From Deinococcales bacterium (GTDB taxonomy: Bacteria; Deinococcota; Deinococci; Deinococcales; JAAFIG01), in the NCBI GenBank assembly GCA_013298185.1, contig JAAFJQ010000110.1, positions 1-12,694 of the forward strand: a stretch of DNA of 12,694 nucleotides. The letters are read 5' to 3'. A program made the position numbers and the translations under genes. Position 1 is the stretch's first letter. Each line of letters opens with the position of its first letter. Below the pieces are notes generated by a model. That model did not search any database, was not told the origin of the DNA, and saw only the letters and a program-made list of their open reading frames with translations. This document shows positions 5,753 to 11,682 of the stretch, in pieces.

Positions 5753-7413
5753 TGAAATACTTTGTTATTCTGGCATTACTTTTATTTTCCTCTGTTCAAG
5801 CTCAAGGTGCTGATTCGTCTTTGTCAAAAGCTGCAATAGGTGTAGGCATCATGAGCGCTGCAACTGGTCAAGCTATGATCCAGACAGGCGCTCAAATTGC
5901 TGTCCAAACTGGCAACCTTGTAAGGTTTGGCGGTCTAGTCACTGTTGCTGCTGGTGCAATCCCTCTAGCTTTAAACTGGTTTTATGATGAACTGAAACGT
6001 CAGACAGGAACTAGCCTTGATGATTGGCACCGTCTTGCCGGTACCCCTTCATATGCAGCATATGCTACAAAATTTTGGTTTCTTTCCGCCCCTTCCTTCT
6101 TCTGGGAAGGTACTCAATATTATGCTTGTTATCAACAGCGGTCGCATGGGCCACAAAAGTCTGGTATGGGTACCGAATCTCGATTTATGGGCAACGGCTT
6201 TACTAGCTCAGGTTGTCCAACTGACTCAGAAGTTGGCTACGATCCAAGTATTTTGGGTAACATTGGCGGGTGTGCTGGTTCTTACACATGGGTCAATTAT
6301 TCAGCATCTGGGACTAATAACTCTGGTCAAACTGTGCAAATATCTTATGCCTTACGGTGTAATGCTTTGGTTCAAATGCCTCTTTTAAACTGGATTGATG
6401 GTAATTACGTTAATCCTGACGGTTCATCAGGAACACCGCACCCTGATGCACTTTCAGCAATTCTGCAACAAATCCTTCCTCAGTGGTTAAACTCCCGCCC
6501 ACTCCCCTTGAGTAGAACACAGTTAGCGCCGTTTGTCACCCTGTCACCAACTCCGAACACAAATCAGTGGTTAGACTCTATTTCAGACAATACTTTAGAC
6601 TCTGATGGTGATGGTTTTACTGACCGCGATGAGTACGATAATAACAGCGATTTAAACAATTCCTCAGTGTTTCCTGTTCGTTGTGGTCAAAATCTTTTTT
6701 CTCCAAATACCAACTGCAACGACACAATAAATCGAGATACCGATGCAGACGGTTTCACCGATGATGAAGAACTTAACCCTCAAAATTATTCCCGCTTACA
6801 ACCTATCCCAAGTAATCCCCAAGACCCCAATAGTAGACCAACACTACGCCCTCTAACAGAAGCTTGCCCTAACCCCACTGACGTTAGAGTTAATGGTCAG
6901 TGCCAGCCACCAGCCCTAACGTGTCAGGCTGGCTTCTCCCTTGTGTCTGGTCGCTGTGTACCTAATGTCTGCCCTGTTGGTCAAAATCTTGAGCGTGGTG
7001 TATGTGTTCCTGATACAACTCCTGACGCTTCTGCAATTAACACACCCTGCGATGCTATGCAAGGTGGCAGTGGCGTAGTTGGCTTTGTTGTTAATTTTTT
7101 TCCAAACCTCATGCACCTGACAAAGTGCCTGTTCATACCAACTGTAGACATTAGTTCCAAAGTCTCCCAACTTCAAGCCCAAACCACTACAAAATTTCCC
7201 TTTTCAATTTCAGCACAGTTAAATTCCGCCTTCAGGTCACCCACCGCAACCGCTTCAGCGTCGCCTCTCCCAGCTCGAGCTGGTGACATTCCTTTGGACT
7301 GGTCGCCCATTGCTCCCTTTCTGCAAATTGCAAAATCTGTTATTGGTACGTTTATTTGGTTTTCCGCTCTTTGGTTTATCGTTCGTAAAATCACGCCACA
7401 GGTGACAGTATGA
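5752..7413 (+). CDS. Adsorption / minor coat protein candidate (gIII-like), 553 aa
   Basis: ATG 5752 overlaps the upstream stop (TAATG); the track start 5725 lies inside the previous ORF. It has a signal peptide (MKYFVILALLLFSSVQA/QG) and two DxDxDGxxDxxE/D motifs (DSDGDGFTDRDEYD, DTDADGFTDDEE). It also has three Cys-pair repeats and a C-terminal hydrophobic anchor (VIGTFIWFSALWFIV). Its position after the coat gene matches gIII. Confidence 0.65.
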   Translation: MKYFVILALLLFSSVQAQGADSSLSKAAIGVGIMSAATGQAMIQTGAQIAVQTGNLVRFGGLVTVAAGAIPLALNWFYDELKRQTGTSLDDWHRLAGTPSYAAYATKFWFLSAPSFFWEGTQYYACYQQRSHGPQKSGMGTESRFMGNGFTSSGCPTDSEVGYDPSILGNIGGCAGSYTWVNYSASGTNNSGQTVQISYALRCNALVQMPLLNWIDGNYVNPDGSSGTPHPDALSAILQQILPQWLNSRPLPLSRTQLAPFVTLSPTPNTNQWLDSISDNTLDSDGDGFTDRDEYDNNSDLNNSSVFPVRCGQNLFSPNTNCNDTINRDTDADGFTDDEELNPQNYSRLQPIPSNPQDPNSRPTLRPLTEACPNPTDVRVNGQCQPPALTCQAGFSLVSGRCVPNVCPVGQNLERGVCVPDTTPDASAINTPCDAMQGGSGVVGFVVNFFPNLMHLTKCLFIPTVDISSKVSQLQAQTTTKFPFSISAQLNSAFRSPTATASASPLPARAGDIPLDWSPIAPFLQIAKSVIGTFIWFSALWFIVRKITPQVTV

Positions 7414-7643
7414 TAACTGATGCTCTCCTTAATGTTCTTTTTTCTGTCCTAGGCGCTGTTATCTCTATCTTCCCAACATACACAATCCCTCAAGGACCCG
7501 GCTTTTCGGCAATAGCTGCTGCTAACATAATTATCCCGCTTGATATATGGTTTTTTTGGCTTGGTGTGACAATTACCTTTACTGGCATTGGTCTGATTTA
7601 TTACGGTGTCCTGCTTATCATTAGGCTTATAAGAGGAGCATGA
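7410..7643 (+). CDS. Polytopic small membrane protein (77 aa), gVI-like by position
   Basis: ATGA overlap with the upstream stop. Two to three hydrophobic segments. It lies between the gIII-like and ATPase genes, as in Ff. Confidence 0.5.
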   Translation: MITDALLNVLFSVLGAVISIFPTYTIPQGPGFSAIAAANIIIPLDIWFFWLGVTITFTGIGLIYYGVLLIIRLIRGA

Positions 7644-7644
7644 A

Positions 7645-8544
7645 ATGACAATCTTTAAAGCGCTTTCCCCTGCGTTGGCGGCACAAAACTACACTTTATC
7701 TCATGATGGTAAACTGCATCTCCTTGAGGCTCGGCGTGGTCGTGGCAAGAGCTACATTTTAGCTGAATGGGCTATGGCTGCCTTTTCTGCTGGCATCCCT
7801 GTTCGCGCAAACTTTGACTTAGATTTATATTGGTTTGCCCTCGAGTTGGTGAAGCAAAAAAAGCATAAGACACTGGTTTCAGCCGTCGACTGGCTGCGTT
7901 CTAACTACAAGCGTATTGACTCTTGGGATGATCTCTTAACCTGCTATGACACATTAGTATTACTTGATGAAGTAAACAGAACTTTTGATTCTCGAGTACG
8001 TGGCAATGCTGGCGCTCCAATGGTTGCACATTCTTGGCTTCAACAGTCGCGCAAGTTGAAAAACACCATGGTGTTCGCTGCTCAGGGTTTTGATTGGCTG
8101 GATGTTCGCTTGCGTCAGCTCTTCGATATGCTTTGGCGTGTAAAACGTGTTGATGTGCCTCGTACTCGAGTACCTGATACTTTTATCGCCTATGGCTCTG
8201 ACCCTTGGTCATCTGGCTTAGACTCTGATGCTGTTAGGCGTTGTGACTATAAATTCAGAGTAAAATTCTCAACCCAACGCTCGCGGCGATACAATACTTT
8301 TGAGATTATAAAGTCTCTTGTTGGTGAGCCGTCTTTCTCAAATATTCAGGATGTTATCCAGTCTCTTATTGATGCTCGACTTTGTCGGTATGCCACTTAC
8401 AAGCCAACCCCTGATACCATCCCACTCGTGGACAAAATTGCTAGGCTCGAGCCTGCTGAAAATTACTCCCATCGTGGCGCGTTTGACTATGCCTTCTCTT
8501 CTGAATACTCTGCCCCACTGACCCACGCTGGTTCAGAGTTCTAA
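7645..8544 (+). CDS. Zot / pI-like morphogenesis ATPase (P-loop NTPase)
   Basis: AGAGGAG SD lies 6 nt upstream. Walker A ARRGRGKS is near residue 30 and Walker B LVLLDEV is near residue 105. Its position corresponds to gI. I saw no transmembrane segment in the 299 aa. Confidence 0.65.
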   Translation: MTIFKALSPALAAQNYTLSHDGKLHLLEARRGRGKSYILAEWAMAAFSAGIPVRANFDLDLYWFALELVKQKKHKTLVSAVDWLRSNYKRIDSWDDLLTCYDTLVLLDEVNRTFDSRVRGNAGAPMVAHSWLQQSRKLKNTMVFAAQGFDWLDVRLRQLFDMLWRVKRVDVPRTRVPDTFIAYGSDPWSSGLDSDAVRRCDYKFRVKFSTQRSRRYNTFEIIKSLVGEPSFSNIQDVIQSLIDARLCRYATYKPTPDTIPLVDKIARLEPAENYSHRGAFDYAFSSEYSAPLTHAGSEF

Positions 8545-8563
8545 ACGCAATGCGCCTCGGCGC

Positions 8564-8761
8564 ATGAAGTTAGAACCTGAACCGCGTATAATCTTGCCTA
8601 TGTTATTTTGGATTGGTGCATTTTTTGCAATTTTTTTTGGCTCTCTAATTTTCTTCTCGAGATTCCTCGACTTTATCGCTTTGATGATGCTTGCATTGAC
8701 CCACCTGTTAATTTTCTATTGCGCTATAATGGCAGCGTCAAAACATGATAAGCAGCCGTAA
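8564..8761 (+). CDS. Small 2-TM membrane protein (65 aa), possibly the membrane part of a split pI
   Basis: Two clear hydrophobic helices (ILPMLFWIGAFFAIFFGSLIFF and FIALMMLALTHLLIFYCAIMAA). No SD upstream, and the ATG is embedded in a small GC hairpin (ATGCGCC TC GGCGCAT). Confidence 0.4.
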   Translation: MKLEPEPRIILPMLFWIGAFFAIFFGSLIFFSRFLDFIALMMLALTHLLIFYCAIMAASKHDKQP

Positions 8762-8856
8762 AACCCGCCACACAACGCCACAGACCATGTTTTAACCCAA
8801 GGTATCCTAACACCTAAAACCACTTACTCAAGCCTTACTTTTCATTTCAGAGATAG

Positions 8857-8942
8857 GTTTATTTTATGCGTCTGTCACAACATAAACAAAAAAATAAAGT
8901 TTATTTTAGCAGAAAAATAAAGCATAAAAATACATAAAAATA
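8857..8942. repeat. AT-rich short-repeat block with phased A-tracts (candidate origin / bent DNA)
   Basis: GTTTATTTTA occurs at 8857 and 8899. AAAAATAAAG occurs at 8890 and 8913. CATAAAAATA is tandemly duplicated at 8923-8942. The block lies in the 617-bp non-coding gap 8762-9377. Confidence 0.5.
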
Positions 8943-9284
8943 ACCTACCCCCACAAAATAAAAAATGCAACCCTAAACCTCTGTTGGGTTTTTGCTTTTT
9001 TGCTCGAGGTCTTAGCTTTTGCTCACATTCTCTTGATCTAAGTCTTTATTCTCATTTTCTGACTTTTTTTGCACCTCTGAACTCTTGCGCGTAGTGTAGC
9101 CCCGTAGGTGGCGAAACGTAGCGCGTGACCGTTGCATTGACATCCCTATCGTGTATTTGCACAACGTATTACTACCTTTTTCTGTTTACGTGTATTTTCT
9201 GGTTTTCCGAGTCTGTTTTGACTCTTTAGCGTCATTTTTTAGCAGACGAAACTTTGCCAGACCGGCGGCGAGCTGGCGAGCCGA

Positions 9285-9311
9285 TTACCTCGAGTGTTTT
9301 CCTCGAGGTAA
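9285..9311. repeat. 10-bp inverted repeat built on two CTCGAG sites
   Basis: TTACCTCGAG tgttttc CTCGAGGTAA (9285-9294 and 9302-9311), in non-coding DNA 67 nt downstream of the zinc-ribbon copy 2 stop on the minus strand. Confidence 0.6.
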
Positions 9312-9377
9312 AGGTCTGGGGTTTCAAAGGTTCGGCGCGTTCCTAAATCCTGATCCATTTTCCCTAACAATTCTAAC

Positions 9378-9557
9378 TTATTTCTTTGACTTACTATACA
9401 AATGTAAACCAACACGCCCCATAGGACAATTATTGAATTTGCACTGTCGTCCGTTGTTCCTCAGTGCGCCTAGCTCGGCTTCGTTAAACCGTTCTTTGCA
9501 CCTCGGGCATTTTGTTCTTGAGTCTAAGTTCAACCATTCTAAAATTTTTTGTAGCAT
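9378..9557 (-). CDS. Small Cys4 zinc-ribbon protein, copy 2 (59 aa)
   Basis: Not in the ORF track. ATG at 9557..9555 and TAA stop at 9380..9378. Product: MLQKILEWLNLDSRTKCPRCKERFNEAELGALRNNGRQCKFNNCPMGRVGLHLYSKSKK. It aligns without gaps to copy 1, with all four Cys conserved. The SD is weaker (GGTGAG, 3-nt spacer). Confidence 0.75.
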   Translation of the reverse strand: MLQKILEWLNLDSRTKCPRCKERFNEAELGALRNNGRQCKFNNCPMGRVGLHLYSKSKK

Positions 9558-9581
9558 TTGCTCACCACGCGAAAAAAATCT

Positions 9582-9610
9582 ATGTTACTCTCACAATAAC
9601 AACGTCTCAA
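9582..9610 (-). promoter_or_regulatory. Predicted promoter for zinc-ribbon copy 2, back-to-back with a possible rightward promoter
   Basis: The minus strand reads TTGAGA, a 17-nt spacer, then TAACAT (+9610..9605 and +9587..9582). On the plus strand, TTGAAT (9613-9618), a 17-nt spacer and TAGTTT could drive rightward transcription. These are pattern matches only. Confidence 0.3.
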
Positions 9611-9741
9611 GCGTTGAATTTCTTCACACTTCGGGTTAGTTTTAGTTTGCCCCCGTTGCTGTCGAAGTTGGCGGGGGTCGCTTCATTTCTGTCTCAAGCA
9701 GAAAGAGCAATTTCAAACCCACGTTGTTTTAAGGAGAAACC

Positions 9742-9807
9742 ATGGGCAAGGCAGATATTAGCACACTTTTACCGCGTGAAACACTTACTTACGTTATGGT
9801 TAAATAA
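9742..9807 (+). CDS. 21-codon ORF with strong SD; likely the 5' part of the phage gene split by integration
   Basis: AAGGAG lies 5 nt upstream of ATG 9742. Product: MGKADISTLLPRETLTYVMVK, then stop. Its last codons run through the 18-bp repeat in the same frame as ORF 2091-2333. Confidence 0.4.
   Translation: MGKADISTLLPRETLTYVMVK
9786..9803. repeat. 18-bp exact direct repeat TACTTACGTTATGGTTAA, right copy (attR-like)
   Basis: Identical to 2081-2098, with unrelated flanks on both sides. Confidence 0.6.
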
Positions 9808-9833
9808 GAAATCTATGTTATACTGATTTCAGG

Positions 9834-10388
9834 ATGAGTTTAGAACAAAAATGTAACCACTGCATGAATACGTTCCCAGCCACGACTGAATTTTTTCGAG
9901 CAAGGAGTCGTGGCAGAGGACTTGAGAAGGTTTGTAAGGCATGTTGGCGAGAGAAAATTCGCGCCTATAGGCAAGTTAAATGTCAACATGGTGAACGAGA
10001 AGTGAATCCTCGGAGACAAGAAATCAGAACGTATCTTGATGAGATTAAATTGTCTCGAGGTTGCACCAAATGCGGCTATAAAGAACATCCTGCTGCATTG
10101 GATTTTCATCATCTATCACAACAGGACAAGGTCGCAACCATAGCCTCGCTTTATTCAACTCTAAACCTACAAAAAATCCTAGCCGAAGTTGCAAAGTGTG
10201 AAGTCTTATGTGCCAACTGCCATAGAATTGAAACGTACCATCAAAAGCATCCATTAAAGCCTGAAAAGCCAGTGGAACAAACCGTATTGATACGGGCTTC
10301 ACAGCATTTCAAAAAGCGAAAATCGAGAAAGAATACAAATAACCAAACCAGCCTATTTCAAAATAACATTGGAGACTTAAATCAATGA
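9834..10388 (+). CDS. HNH endonuclease
   Basis: 184-aa ORF with N-terminal Cys pairs (CNHC ... CKAC). It carries the C-terminal signature GCTKCGYKEHPAALDFHHL ... KCEVLCANCHRIETY, typical of phage-associated HNH nucleases. There is no obvious SD, and a TATACT box lies 9 nt upstream of the ATG. Confidence 0.8.
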   Translation: MSLEQKCNHCMNTFPATTEFFRARSRGRGLEKVCKACWREKIRAYRQVKCQHGEREVNPRRQEIRTYLDEIKLSRGCTKCGYKEHPAALDFHHLSQQDKVATIASLYSTLNLQKILAEVAKCEVLCANCHRIETYHQKHPLKPEKPVEQTVLIRASQHFKKRKSRKNTNNQTSLFQNNIGDLNQ

Positions 10389-11437
10389 GCTATGAACTTA
10401 TCCTGTCTAGTAAGTTCCAAGCTCCAGAAAATCGCAAGCGCGAAGCTGTTCGTGCAGCTCACGACCACGACGAGGCAACGCTGCTCGAGTTGTTAAATCA
10501 TTACTTGACATTAAAAAGCTCTCGCAAATCCCAAACCTCAAACGAGACTCGTCTTTTGTACAGTGCAGCCGTCAAACGTTTTCTCGAGTATTGCGCTAAG
10601 AACTCAAATCGTCTCGAAATCACCCGACTCGAGAGTGATGACCTTGAAATGTGGTTGGTTTATTTACAAGCTGAGGGCTTAAAACCTTTGAGTATCACAG
10701 CTTACTTGAATGGAGTGCGTTGCCTGTACCGCGCTCTGATTTGGGCAAAGGCTGCTACCATCAACCCAGCAGCCGAAGTTAAAGCCCCAAGGGATCCCAC
10801 ACCAGCCCATTTGAAAAAATCGGCGCTCTCCCCTGCCCTGTACCGCGAACTTGTATCTGCCCCACTCGAGAAATACGCCCCTGACGACCCGCGCCGAACT
10901 CGAGATGGCTTGCTGATCGCACTTGGCGGCTCAGGCGGTTTGCGAGCTAAGGAAATCATCAGCTTGGATGTCACGGATGTGGAGATCGCCTTAAAGCGGT
11001 TGACAGTTCAAAGTGGTAAAGGCGGAAAGAAACGCATTGTACCCTTATCCAACGAATTACTTTCACTCCTGAAATCTTGGCTCGAGGTTCGGCGCAGTCT
11101 CGAGTTGATGGGTGAAATATCGCCAACCGAGACGGCTTTGATTGTCAGCATCTCGAGAAATGCTTCGCATGGACGGCGCTTAACCACCCACGGTGCAAGG
11201 TTTATTGCCAAGGGGTATTACGTGGCGGCTGGACTTCCCTCTGAAATGTGGGGCTTGCACACGCTGCGGCGCACGGCTGGAACGCACCTGTACAGAGCAA
11301 CCAAGGATTTGCACGTTGTAGCAGATTTGCTGGGACATGCCAGTGTCAATACCTCTGCGATTTATGCCAAGATGGACATGGAAACCCGCCGTGATGCTCT
11401 CGAGAAAATGGAAAAAATGCGCGATGAACTCGAGTAG
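10385..11437 (+). CDS. Tyrosine recombinase / phage integrase (XerC/XerD-like)
   Basis: 350-aa ORF. The start overlaps the HNH stop (ATGA). It has an N-terminal SAM-like core-binding region. The catalytic residues occur in order: GGLRAKE (Arg), GKGGKKR (Lys), HTLRRTAGTH (His-x-x-Arg), LLGHASVNTSAIYAKM (His, Tyr). It carries 10 CTCGAG sites. Confidence 0.9.
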   Translation: MSYELILSSKFQAPENRKREAVRAAHDHDEATLLELLNHYLTLKSSRKSQTSNETRLLYSAAVKRFLEYCAKNSNRLEITRLESDDLEMWLVYLQAEGLKPLSITAYLNGVRCLYRALIWAKAATINPAAEVKAPRDPTPAHLKKSALSPALYRELVSAPLEKYAPDDPRRTRDGLLIALGGSGGLRAKEIISLDVTDVEIALKRLTVQSGKGGKKRIVPLSNELLSLLKSWLEVRRSLELMGEISPTETALIVSISRNASHGRRLTTHGARFIAKGYYVAAGLPSEMWGLHTLRRTAGTHLYRATKDLHVVADLLGHASVNTSAIYAKMDMETRRDALEKMEKMRDELE

Positions 11438-11682
11438 CCAAAAAAACCAGATGTCAAAACCCTCGAGCCAATTTCAAGGCAGCTCCTCGAGGCTTACAGC
11501 GCAAAAAACAAATCCAAGCTGTAATTGACAGAGTAAATCAATCAGTCCAATAATTCCTTCGCCTTTCGTCTTTTCTCTCCCTTCACCCTCGCTTCAAATT
11601 CTCACCAAGCCCACTTCACAGCTCTGCCCCATACTTCATTCATCGCTCGAGACTCCTCCCTCGAGCGTAAGGAGCAAAACGT

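Larger units (their letters stand above)
2081..9803 (+). mobile_element. Inovirus-like prophage core bounded by the 18-bp direct repeats (about 7.7 kb)
   Basis: All replication, coat and assembly genes, the AT-rich intergenic region and zinc-ribbon copy 2 lie between the two repeat copies. A split ORF would be restored by joining the copies (see findings). Confidence 0.55.
1800..11437. mobile_element. Composite integrated element: inovirus-like prophage plus zinc-ribbon/HNH/tyrosine-recombinase module (outer ends not defined)
   Basis: Phage-type gene content lies between host-type genes NamZ (ends 1746) and SHOCT (starts 11683). CTCGAG density drops in 1747-2280 and 4700-7270. I found no convincing outer direct repeats, so these coordinates are the minimal extent set by the first and last element genes. 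Confidence 0.7.

Noticed and set aside
6017-7394. Several ORFs of 60-123 aa in other frames or on the other strand inside the adsorption gene (6017-6388, 6024-6206, 6916-7182, 7173-7394). Similar ones lie inside Rep (2743-3078, 2757-3053, 3317-3707, 3682-4020, 3756-3941).
   Set aside because: They lie fully inside longer ORFs that have recognisable features. They have no SD or coupling and no motifs, so they are treated as overlap artefacts.
8857-8942. Short repeats in the AT-rich block, and the many CTCGAG copies, considered as a possible CRISPR array.
   Set aside because: The repeats are 6-10 bp long and lack regular repeat-spacer periodicity or the 24-40-bp repeat units of CRISPR.
9786-9806. 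The right copy of the core plus flank reads TTATGGTTAAAT, which resembles the XerD arm of dif (TTATGTTAAAT). This suggests XerCD-mediated integration of the CTX-phi type.
   Set aside because: There is an extra G. There is no matching XerC arm (xxxxCATAA) 6 bp upstream. The left copy flank differs (TTAAGG). A dedicated tyrosine recombinase is adjacent. The resemblance is kept only as a remote possibility.
1790-11535. Possible outer att repeats: TAATTGCAGA (about 1790) versus TAATTGACAGA (about 11521), and AACCAGA in both flanks.
   Set aside because: The matches are too short and imperfect to distinguish from chance, so the outer boundaries of the composite element remain undefined.
11438-11682. 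Searched for a tRNA or tmRNA gene next to the integrase as an integration target. Also considered a 25-codon ORF at 11449-11526.
   Set aside because: No cloverleaf-like arms or T-loop consensus were seen. The short ORF has no SD and only continues an overlapping frame of the integrase 3' end.
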